In this document: positions 48,799 through 57,101 of the stretch, one piece after another
How the letters are laid out: each line of letters begins with the position of its first letter
How positions within the stretch are numbered: the first letter of the stretch is position 1
Source of the DNA: Thermoprotei archaeon
GTDB lineage: Archaea > Thermoproteota > Thermoprotei > Thermoproteales > B15-G16
Direction of reading: 5' to 3'
Assembly: GCA_003649205.1 (NCBI GenBank)
Contig: QMRC01000003.1
Location: forward strand, 227,429 to 291,428
DNA length: 64,000 nt
Made by a program: the position numbers and the translations under genes
The notes under the pieces: generated by a model
What the model saw: only the letters and a program-made list of their open reading frames with translations
The model's database searches: none
Told to the model about the DNA's origin: nothing

Positions 48799-49611
48799 AT
48801 GCAGCTTGTGGTTGGGTTTGACTACAATGTGAGGTCAGTGATTGCTGCGTACAGAGTTCATGATCGAGAGATGTTGCTTGACGTCTGTAGCGTAGTCAGT
48901 GAACGAGGTTTTGTGCCGAAGCTTATTGATGTTGGTGAGGGTGAGTACTACGTAGTGATTAGGGGTGTGGTAGAGGTGCCGAATCTAGTTAGCTACGTTA
49001 AGGAGGGTTTGAGGAAGTTCGTTGAGAAGTACCCGTTCGTTATGAGGTACAGAGATGTCAAGGTTGAGAGAGGGTCATGGGCTTGGAGGGAGATTAAGAG
49101 ATCCTGTAGACCGATACCGAGTGTATTCAGCTACGTCATTGAGCTAGTTGAGGAGTACGGTGTTGTACCGAATTGGTTGTTTGTGTACGATCTAGAGCTG
49201 TATCTGAGGAAGAAGGTTAGGAGATGGAGGAAGTGGTACGTAGTTGAGTTGAGGAAGCTACTGAATAGGTTAATGGCTTGTCTAAATAGGTTGAGCGAGA
49301 AGTACGACGTAATTGCGAAGATTGAGTGGTTACCGTATGTCGATGTGCGTAGTGAGGTAACTGATAGGGTGAGGGGTTGGAGGTACACGAAGTTGATGAG
49401 GGCATTAGTTCACTGCACGAGGAAGGGTATTAGGGTGGTTGCTATTGAGCCAGCTGGTACATCGAGGTACTGTCCGGTGTGTGATTCAGTAACTGAGGTA
49501 CTGAGCTATAGAGAGTTGAGATGTACTAAGTGCGGTCGTGTGTGGGATAGAGATGAGATGGCTGCGATTAATGTAGCGAGGAGTAGAGCTGTTAAGTATG
49601 TTCTGAAGTAG
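48799..49611 (+). CDS. N-terminally truncated TnpB/Cas12f-like RuvC + Zn-finger nuclease (270 aa)
   Basis: RuvC-I VVGFDYN at residues 4-10, RuvC-II KIEWL, GIRVVAIEPAGTSRYCPVC...CTKCG, RuvC-III DRDEMAAINVA. Confidence 0.85.
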   Translation: MQLVVGFDYNVRSVIAAYRVHDREMLLDVCSVVSERGFVPKLIDVGEGEYYVVIRGVVEVPNLVSYVKEGLRKFVEKYPFVMRYRDVKVERGSWAWREIKRSCRPIPSVFSYVIELVEEYGVVPNWLFVYDLELYLRKKVRRWRKWYVVELRKLLNRLMACLNRLSEKYDVIAKIEWLPYVDVRSEVTDRVRGWRYTKLMRALVHCTRKGIRVVAIEPAGTSRYCPVCDSVTEVLSYRELRCTKCGRVWDRDEMAAINVARSRAVKYVLK

Positions 49612-49635
49612 CGTAGTGCTAGTGCTCAGTTGTTC

Positions 49636-49843
49636 AGTGGCCCTGAGTCCTGGTCAGGGCTCGGGTTGATCTGTAAATTGATGAGGCCCGGGCCCTGGCC
49701 GGGATGATGAGGGGGCTTGGTGAGGAAGCGGAAGATGACTAAGGACTTGGCGACCGCAGACGCGGCGCCAAGCACCGGGGCCCTCAGTGTAGCTCAGTGC
49801 TGATACTTAAGTGTTTCGGACCGGTCAGGGCCCGGGGCTTTTT
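49636..49843 (+). ncRNA. Structured 3' RNA (omega/reRNA-like) with K-turns
   Basis: 19-bp stem 49648-49666/49686-49704 with four G-U pairs, bracketed by CTGA/ATGATGA and TTGA/TTGATGA K-turn boxes; hairpin CTTGGCG..CGCCAAG; arm 49816-49840; T-tract. Confidence 0.7.
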
Positions 49844-49845
49844 GC
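49836..49845 (+). terminator. Oligo-T terminator candidate
   Basis: TTTTT directly after the closing arm of the structured RNA. Confidence 0.45.
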
Positions 49846-49946
49846 ATTGTTTAGGTGTCTGTTCTTGAGCTAGGTCTATGGTATTTCTGTTCTGTGCTTC
49901 TTCATGTATGTTGTCTAGACTTATTTAGCTGTTAGGTCTGTGTTAT

Positions 49947-50363
49947 ATGGTAGGTGGGTATTTCTTGGGTGAGAGGGGGCTTTCGGCGAGTGATATTGTT
50001 GCTCTTTTCGAGAAGGATCCTTCAGCTCTTAAGAAGTTAGCTGAGCTTCTCGTTACGGTACCGGACATAAGGTTGGCAATAGTTGAGGGTGTGATGAGGG
50101 AGGTAGCAACGAAGAGAGATCTTGAAGCTCTTAGGAAGGAGCTACAGGAGTACATTGACAAGAGAATAGCTGAAGTAAGAAGTGAAATAGCGGAAATAAG
50201 GAGTGAGTTAGGTAGATTAGGTGATAGAGCAGCGAGATTAGAGGCAAGAGTAGCTAGATTGGAGGGACAAGTTAGTTTATTGATCAAGATCTTCATCGCG
50301 TTTAACGTACCAATCCTCATAGGGATAATAGGGATCTTACTCAAGATGGTACTAGCACCCTAG
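49947..50363 (+). CDS. PaREP-type coiled-coil protein with C-terminal TM helix
   Basis: VATKRDL motif, heptad repeats, hydrophobic C-terminus. Confidence 0.75.
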   Translation: MVGGYFLGERGLSASDIVALFEKDPSALKKLAELLVTVPDIRLAIVEGVMREVATKRDLEALRKELQEYIDKRIAEVRSEIAEIRSELGRLGDRAARLEARVARLEGQVSLLIKIFIAFNVPILIGIIGILLKMVLAP

Positions 50364-50381
50364 AGCACTAGGTGCTGAGTA

Positions 50382-51386
50382 ATGTTAGTAATTGAACCAA
50401 GGTTCGTAGATAGAGAACGAGAACTAGAGACACTACGTGAACTAGCTAGTTACGGAAGTCCACTACCAATATACCTCTACGGTCCTGAAGGTTGTGGAAA
50501 AACGAGGTTACTGAGAGAATTCATCAAGAGAGTGCACGGAGTGACAATCTACATAGATGCACTAGAGAGGAGGGATCCAGAGACAGCAATAGTGTTGAAT
50601 CCAGTGATTGAAGAGGTAAGGAAGTTCGTAAGGGAAGTAGCATTGCAAGCCATAGGACCGCTAGGTACGTACTTAGCAGATAGGATAACACTCATAGTTG
50701 AGAAGATAGCTGAGAAAGTGAGTATTGAAGGAAGGTCATTGATAGTGATTGTAGATGACATCACTAGAGCCATAGGGCTAGATAGAGTTGAGTGGTATGT
50801 AAAGTGGTTGTACGAGCTAATAGGTAAGCTACATAGGAGGTATAGTCCAAAGAGTATACTCATAGTAGCTACGACAAGTGAAGGTAAGAGCCTAGACCTA
50901 GTAATGAGACACACGTACACAGTAGTGAAGTTGATATGGAATTTACCGAGAGAACCCTTCTACGAACTAGTACAGGAACTAAAACCACCGAACCTCAACC
51001 TCAGAGAGGAGCTATGGCGGGTAACAGGTGGGAATCCAAGAGCACTAATAGAGATAGCACACGTACATAGATGGGATATAGGTAGCTGGTTAAATACCTT
51101 AGAGAGAAGGCTCACGAAAGTACTAACTACCATACGCTCGAGAAATCTAGAGAATGAGTTGATGAAGGCCATAGAGGATCCAGATACAGTACACACAGAG
51201 GCAACACCAAGAACTGAGCAACTACAGCAAATACTCACTGAAGAGAACCTACTCATCTACAAGTACGTGACAACACTACACAATACCGAAGTACCAAGTG
51301 ATCTAGAGCTAGGGATAGGGAAGTACTACGCATGGCAAATACCTGCATACAGAGACATCCTAAAGAAACTACTGATACAGAGATGA
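50382..51386 (+). CDS. Archaeal AAA/STAND-like ATP-binding protein
   Basis: FVDRERE, YGPEGCGKT, IVDD, ATTSEG, TGGNPR. Confidence 0.88.
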   Translation: MLVIEPRFVDRERELETLRELASYGSPLPIYLYGPEGCGKTRLLREFIKRVHGVTIYIDALERRDPETAIVLNPVIEEVRKFVREVALQAIGPLGTYLADRITLIVEKIAEKVSIEGRSLIVIVDDITRAIGLDRVEWYVKWLYELIGKLHRRYSPKSILIVATTSEGKSLDLVMRHTYTVVKLIWNLPREPFYELVQELKPPNLNLREELWRVTGGNPRALIEIAHVHRWDIGSWLNTLERRLTKVLTTIRSRNLENELMKAIEDPDTVHTEATPRTEQLQQILTEENLLIYKYVTTLHNTEVPSDLELGIGKYYAWQIPAYRDILKKLLIQR

Positions 51387-51449
51387 GGACAAGAGCAAGA
51401 ACATCAAGTACATAAGTGTGAGCAACTTGAGACATACCTAGGTGACACA

Positions 51450-52154
51450 GTGCAAATACCGTGGGACACAGTAGCAACAGTACTCACAGTAGTAACCTCA
51501 ATAGGAACACTAGCGTACTGGCTAGGAAGAAAATTCACAGAGATAGACAGTAGATTCAAGCTAATTGATGAGAGGTTTAAGACCATTGACGAGAGATTTA
51601 GAAGCATCGATGAGAGATTCAAGCAAATAGACAAAAGATTCGAGCAAATAGAGAAGAGATTTGAAGAGATAGATAGTAGATTCGAACGAATAGAAGAGAG
51701 ATTCAGGGAGATAGATAGGAGATTTGACGAGTTCAAGAAGTATGTTGATACAAAGTTCGAGGATCTAAGAAATTACATTGATGTTAGGATGGAGAAAATG
51801 CTTAAGACCATAGCAAGAGCAACAACACATACTCACGAAGTCGTTATCGAGTACCTAGGACTAAAGGGACTGCTAGAGGAAAAGGAAGTAACGTACCTAA
51901 GACACAGAGTAAGAGAAGTACTTGAAGCATACACCACAGCAACACCAAACCCACTAACCAAGGAAGAGTTGGAATTCCTAAAGAAACTCTTCAGCAAAGA
52001 CATCAACGAAATGACAATAGAGGAACTAGATAGGGCATACGAGATCGGGATAAGGCTCTTCAGTAAGGACATGGATGATAGAGGATACTTCATAGCAATA
52101 GCAGCCATAACCATAAAGGCATACCTAAAGTTCAAGAAAAAGCAAGATACCTGA
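51450..52154 (+). CDS. Membrane-anchored coiled-coil repeat protein (PaREP-like)
   Basis: N-terminal TM, ~9x FxxIDxR heptads, C-terminal NPLTKEE domain. Confidence 0.8.
   Translation: MQIPWDTVATVLTVVTSIGTLAYWLGRKFTEIDSRFKLIDERFKTIDERFRSIDERFKQIDKRFEQIEKRFEEIDSRFERIEERFREIDRRFDEFKKYVDTKFEDLRNYIDVRMEKMLKTIARATTHTHEVVIEYLGLKGLLEEKEVTYLRHRVREVLEAYTTATPNPLTKEELEFLKKLFSKDINEMTIEELDRAYEIGIRLFSKDMDDRGYFIAIAAITIKAYLKFKKKQDT
51534..51730. repeat. Imperfect 21-bp coding tandem repeat (~9 units)
   Basis: Units such as ATAGACAGTAGATTCAAGCTA / ATTGACGAGAGATTTAGAAGC. Confidence 0.75.
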
Positions 52155-52218
52155 TAAAGCAAACCACAACACTAAATGAGAGTAGATCCAGAATCATTAC
52201 GAAAGTAGGTGAATTAAC

Positions 52219-53217
52219 TTGACAATAGTCATCAAAGAGCTAGACATAGAGGAATTTCGTGGAGTAAGGAAACTAGCAAAGCCCATCAAATTAAAGAAAT
52301 TCAACATCATCATAGGCAGAAACAACACAGGAAAAACAACAATTCTAGAAGCACTGTACCTGCTAGCAACACCCTCCGGATACACAGCACCGCTAACTGA
52401 AGTAAGCAGACTAGATTTCATAACACAGCTACATGGAGGAAAATCGTGTCTAATCTATGGATATAGTGGAACAGCGAGAATAAGGTACCGGCTATTCAAT
52501 GACGAAGTAGTGACAGTAACCCTAACAGCAGGTACCCTAGAATCAATAGTAATAAACAATAGAGAAGCATATGTAGAGACATATATTGACTACATAGCGA
52601 AGCTACTCAACATAAGTAAGGATGAGGTACACAACCTCACACTCTACATACCAAATAGCACCGAATTCCTCAAGGAACTCCGAAACAAGCTAAAAGAACC
52701 CACAACCTGGTCCACACTAACCAAGTACGGAGCACACAGGAAGATAGTCACCGAACTAATCAACCCCACAGTCTACGACAAGTACACAGAAATCCTAATT
52801 GAGAGAAATGAGTTGAAGCTGAGAAAGGAGGTAAGTGAGGAAATCGGGCCACTCTACATCCACGTAGCAGATTTAGGAGACGGTATAGAACGAATATGCC
52901 TCACAGCACTAGCACTCGAGTATCTAAAACCAAGACTAGTACTATGGGATGACATGGAAGTAGCAGCACACCCAGGACTCATCGAGGTAGTGATGAAGTG
53001 GTTAACATCAAAGAACTGGCAAGTAGTAATCACAACACACAGCATAGACGTCCTCCTCGAACTAACATATCAATCACCAGAAGACAGCCAAGTAATAATC
53101 CTGAGAAAAACACCAGACGACATAGTAGAACACACAACACTAACACCAAACGAACTAGAAGAGTACTTCAATCGTGGAATAGACATAAGGAAACTAATCG
53201 ACCTACTCGAACTATGA
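52219..53217 (+). CDS. ABC-type (AAA_15/AAA_21) ATPase
   Basis: IEEFRG, GRNNTGKT, LGDG signature, LWDDME..AHP, ITTHS. Confidence 0.88.
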   Translation: MTIVIKELDIEEFRGVRKLAKPIKLKKFNIIIGRNNTGKTTILEALYLLATPSGYTAPLTEVSRLDFITQLHGGKSCLIYGYSGTARIRYRLFNDEVVTVTLTAGTLESIVINNREAYVETYIDYIAKLLNISKDEVHNLTLYIPNSTEFLKELRNKLKEPTTWSTLTKYGAHRKIVTELINPTVYDKYTEILIERNELKLRKEVSEEIGPLYIHVADLGDGIERICLTALALEYLKPRLVLWDDMEVAAHPGLIEVVMKWLTSKNWQVVITTHSIDVLLELTYQSPEDSQVIILRKTPDDIVEHTTLTPNELEEYFNRGIDIRKLIDLLEL

Positions 53218-53762
53218 AAGTAACGAGAGGACAAGTACCAAGAACAGTAGATACAGTACTCCTAACAGGTAACGGTGTAGAAGAGGTAAGAGTACTGAAG
53301 ATAATAGCAGAGAAGTTTAACCACAGAGGAAAAGTAATCATAATACCAACACTACCAACGAGAACAGGAGTAAGAGGAGTAATAGAGCAACTATCCACAC
53401 TCCTACACAAAACCAGACCCAGGTACTGCTTAATCATAATCGATAGAGAACACGTACCCAACAAGGACGTATTCTCAAGCACATTGAAACAATACGGCTT
53501 CGAAGTACTAGACATAAAGGAACTTAATGACCACGCACTAGTAATAACATGCCGCAAAGGACCAAAGCAAGTAACAATCTACATCGCTATCTCAGGATTC
53601 ACAGAGAAAGGCAACATAGAAGAAAACATCAGAAAATTAAGAGAAGTAATAGGCGAAGCAGCAACAAAAGAAGAACTACTCAAGAGAGCAAGCATGAAAC
53701 ACCTAGAACAAGCATTCCCTGGACTAACAACAATACTCAAACTACTCTCAGAAAACACCTAA
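53214..53762 (+). CDS. Partner of the ABC ATPase, TOPRIM/DUF3226-like
   Basis: ATGA overlap; GNGVEEV and IIIDRE acidic motifs. Confidence 0.6.
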   Translation: MKVTRGQVPRTVDTVLLTGNGVEEVRVLKIIAEKFNHRGKVIIIPTLPTRTGVRGVIEQLSTLLHKTRPRYCLIIIDREHVPNKDVFSSTLKQYGFEVLDIKELNDHALVITCRKGPKQVTIYIAISGFTEKGNIEENIRKLREVIGEAATKEELLKRASMKHLEQAFPGLTTILKLLSENT

Positions 53763-53867
53763 TCACAAACACCACACCCACTAGCGAATAAAAACACAAA
53801 ACCACAACCCAGAGCAAAGCTAATCCATAATAAGCACCCAAACAAGGAGAAAGCTCGGTGAAGAAAA

Positions 53868-54395
53868 GTGATAGACCTAATCATAATCCTAATCCTAGTA
53901 ATTACACTCCTCTACATCACCACAAAATACATCAAGCTCAAAGGAGAGGTAGAGCACAGAGCAAGACAACTATTCAACCAATGGAGAAGTAGAGAACTCG
54001 AGAAAGAAGCCACCGAAAGAGCAAAACTACTATTCGAAAAATGGAGAATAGAGGAGGAAGAGAGAATTAGAGAAGATGCTATCAAGAGATCCATAGCAAC
54101 GATAATCGGTAAAGTAGGTGAGCAACTAGCACCAATACTAATCTGCATGGAGTACGGCATAAATCCCAAAGACCTAAGATTCATAGGCTCACCAATAGAC
54201 TACATAGCATTCAAAGGATTCACAGAAGGAAAACCAGAAGAAATCACATTCATAGAGGTAAAAAGCGGCAAAACGACAACACTAAGCCAAAGAGAGAAAT
54301 GGGTCAAAGACCTAGTAGAGAAAGGCAAAGTAAGGTGGTTACTGATACACATACCAGCAGAAATAGAGAAACTGAGACAAAGAGCTGTTAAGTAG
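53868..54395 (+). CDS. Holliday-junction-resolvase-like endonuclease with N-terminal TM
   Basis: GKVGEQLAP, RFIGSPIDYIAF.G, FIEVKSG. Confidence 0.88.
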   Translation: MIDLIIILILVITLLYITTKYIKLKGEVEHRARQLFNQWRSRELEKEATERAKLLFEKWRIEEEERIREDAIKRSIATIIGKVGEQLAPILICMEYGINPKDLRFIGSPIDYIAFKGFTEGKPEEITFIEVKSGKTTTLSQREKWVKDLVEKGKVRWLLIHIPAEIEKLRQRAVK

Positions 54396-54512
54396 CAGAA
54401 CTGCTAGGTATAGTCACCAGTCAAGAAATAGCTTAATTTCAGGTATATTTACCAGAGCTGATGTACTTTACTCAAGCAGTGAAGTGTAAAACATTGTACA
54501 CTGGCAGTATCA

Positions 54513-55802
54513 GTGGTAGTGTGGGAAGTTATGACTCGGCTGAGAAATTTAATCACTATTGCTTTACTAAGTGGTAAATCCGTATTATTGGTTGGCGCTC
54601 CTGGAGTTGGTAAAACGAAGTTAGCTATCGATGTTGCTGCCGAGCTGACCGGTGCGCATCCTATTCTCGAGACTGGTCGTAGTGAGTTAACTTATGAACT
54701 GCTTACATGCTTCAATGAGCTGAGAGAGGTTAAAGGACATGGAGATGTACTGGTTAAGAGGTTAGGTTCTCTCGGTATTGCTATCCTAGGTACTTGGCTT
54801 AGAATTATTGAGGGTAAGGGCCCTCTATGGTATGTTCTCGATGAAGTCAATAGATGTAATATTGAGGTCGCACTAGGTAGAGTATTTACGGCTCTCGATC
54901 CTGAATACTACAACATTGCTGTGTTACCCCCTGATATATTGGATGAGGAGAAGCTTGCCGAGGAAGATATCACAGTACTAGCTAACTGTCTTGAAGTATC
55001 AGTCGACAGGTGTAAGGAGTTAATGGTGAAGTTGCGTAATATCCTAGGTAGTAGGGTTTGTGGTATCCCAATTCCTCGGTCTTTCAGAATAATTGGCACT
55101 ATGAATGTTGTTGATAGAGCACACCTATTTAAGATCGGTTATGCTTTAAGTAGAAGATTGATACCTATTCCTGTAATTCCTCCATATATGAAATACGATC
55201 CAGGGCTCGATATAGAGAACCTCATTGTGCAGTTATATGACAATTTTCATCTGGATAAAAACTCTGTGTTCACTTCCTTGCAGGAGTATGTTGAAGCACT
55301 AGTCTCGAAAGAAGTTGAGTTCCTTACCTTTAGGTTCACTAAATCACTATTACCCGAGTATGATGTACCCTGTTTGGTACGTATTGAATTTGATGAAGTA
55401 GTCAAATTACTAGACAGATTGAGAGATACTAGTAGTAAGTTAATTGAGAGCTTTGCCGGCATTTATGCCGTAGCACTCAATGATCTGAAGATTGATCTAG
55501 GAGTTTCCATATTAGTTGATTTCATCTCTCTGTTATTGGCTAGGTGTATAAGTCAGAATATAGCGTTAGTCTCAGTATCAGATGAGGCGTTACTAGATCT
55601 CGCCATAGCATCATTATTGCTACCTCAGCTCTCTTCCCTAATCCCAATGCTTAAGATTGAGCAGTTCCTTGGAAGCAGTCCTCGTACTATAGCATTTAGA
55701 AACTTCATGAAGTTCCTTGAGAATAACTTTAGTTCAAGTAGCCTCACATACCGTGCTGCTGAGGCCATTATGTATGAACTACCGAGTATTTCATCACCGT
55801 GA
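54513..55802 (+). CDS. McrB-like AAA+ GTPase without N-terminal DNA-recognition domain
   Basis: GAPGVGKT, LDEVNR, IIGTMNVVD (NxxD), YALSRRL. Confidence 0.88.
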   Translation: MVVWEVMTRLRNLITIALLSGKSVLLVGAPGVGKTKLAIDVAAELTGAHPILETGRSELTYELLTCFNELREVKGHGDVLVKRLGSLGIAILGTWLRIIEGKGPLWYVLDEVNRCNIEVALGRVFTALDPEYYNIAVLPPDILDEEKLAEEDITVLANCLEVSVDRCKELMVKLRNILGSRVCGIPIPRSFRIIGTMNVVDRAHLFKIGYALSRRLIPIPVIPPYMKYDPGLDIENLIVQLYDNFHLDKNSVFTSLQEYVEALVSKEVEFLTFRFTKSLLPEYDVPCLVRIEFDEVVKLLDRLRDTSSKLIESFAGIYAVALNDLKIDLGVSILVDFISLLLARCISQNIALVSVSDEALLDLAIASLLLPQLSSLIPMLKIEQFLGSSPRTIAFRNFMKFLENNFSSSSLTYRAAEAIMYELPSISSP

Positions 55803-57096
55803 GGACTCTATAGTTGATTTACGTAAGCTATGTAGAGAACTAGATGTTAGTGAATCACAGCTCAAGTTAATGATATGTGAGCTTAGAGATTTTCTTCGTG
55901 AATATAAACAACGGGTATTTGAGAAGTATGGTCTGGAAATTGAGTCGCGGCTGCCTGAAGTGGTAGGGACCAAAGTGTATACAGGTCAGTGGGTTGGTGT
56001 AGTTTCCATACCTAGATACAATATATGCTTGGTTTTTGAGCCAAAGATTGGGCATGAGTTTCTTAACATGCTTGATGTGATATACGGTAGCACGGTGCGT
56101 GACTTACTACATCTTGTAACAGCACATACCTACCTAATTACCACACATGAACGTACAGGTGAAGCACTCATTTTACCTCAACTACTTACGCATGTATTAC
56201 GGTTAATACAGCACTACATTCAGTCAGAGCCTTGGTACATCCTCCAGTACATACCTTCAAAACATGGCACATTGGTGAAGGTAAGTCCTAGCGACTTAGC
56301 ACTACTTAAGCCGAAGCAGATATTTAATACACGAAAGTACACAACACTTCTTGCTACCCTGGTGCTTGTCTACAAGGCACTTGCTAATATCATAGGTATC
56401 GTGTCCGAAGTGTCTACTCGAAGCGATTTCTTGCGTTCATTAGGTGAGAGACTTCGTACACTCACTACTTCACTTATATCCACCATTACCACTGAGATGT
56501 CAGTACCAGCATTAGTGTCGTATGCTGAATTAGGTGAGGTGAATATAGACTTCTTGGAGCGTATAGCCACCTTAATTCAGCTAACTCCATCATATAGACC
56601 TGGTCTCTTTGAACTACTACTTTACCCCAGCACAAAGGTCTATGAGCTATATGTACTTAGCAAAGTTCTCGAGGTACTTAGCAAAGAGTTCAGAGAACAC
56701 CCAGTATTGGAGCAGCTAAATGTTATCAGGTTAGGGCCTTGTAGGCTATACTTAAATAAAGCACCTTGTTCCAAGCTGGTAAAATCCATCAGCGGTTCTT
56801 TGCCTAGACCGGATATAGCAGTGGTTACTGATAATAAAGTCATTGTGCTTGAGGCTAAGTACCGGGATCTGAGTAGAAAGTTGCTGAGACTAAGTGATAC
56901 ACTTCGCCTCCTAGCCTATATCATTGATGTGGCTAAAGATAGAGCACTAAGAGCAGCTATCACCTGTTTAGGAAGAGCTAGGTATCCTCCACGAATTGAG
57001 ACGTACTTCAATGATGTATCAGTGGACTTATTCTTCATAGTTGTTAGACCTAGGTATTTCGAAGAAAATCTGTTAAGAGAGGTAATTGTCTCATAG
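55717..57096 (+). CDS. McrC-like PD-(D/E)XK nuclease
   Basis: WVGVV...EPKI N-terminus, YELYV, RPDIAVV...LEAKYR. Confidence 0.82.
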   Translation: MRITLVQVASHTVLLRPLCMNYRVFHHREDSIVDLRKLCRELDVSESQLKLMICELRDFLREYKQRVFEKYGLEIESRLPEVVGTKVYTGQWVGVVSIPRYNICLVFEPKIGHEFLNMLDVIYGSTVRDLLHLVTAHTYLITTHERTGEALILPQLLTHVLRLIQHYIQSEPWYILQYIPSKHGTLVKVSPSDLALLKPKQIFNTRKYTTLLATLVLVYKALANIIGIVSEVSTRSDFLRSLGERLRTLTTSLISTITTEMSVPALVSYAELGEVNIDFLERIATLIQLTPSYRPGLFELLLYPSTKVYELYVLSKVLEVLSKEFREHPVLEQLNVIRLGPCRLYLNKAPCSKLVKSISGSLPRPDIAVVTDNKVIVLEAKYRDLSRKLLRLSDTLRLLAYIIDVAKDRALRAAITCLGRARYPPRIETYFNDVSVDLFFIVVRPRYFEENLLREVIVS

Positions 57097-57101
57097 CTCT
57101 G

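Noticed and set aside
48670-49850. Group I intron/IStron, BHB intron or TIGR-Tas system
   Set aside because: No recognisable group I P7 R/S elements, no bulge-helix-bulge in the closing stem, no Nop domain in the protein and no tandem C/D repeat array.
54458-54505. Weak C/D-like pattern upstream of mcrB
   Set aside because: All four boxes are degenerate (CTGATGT, CAGT, GTGAAGT, CTGG).
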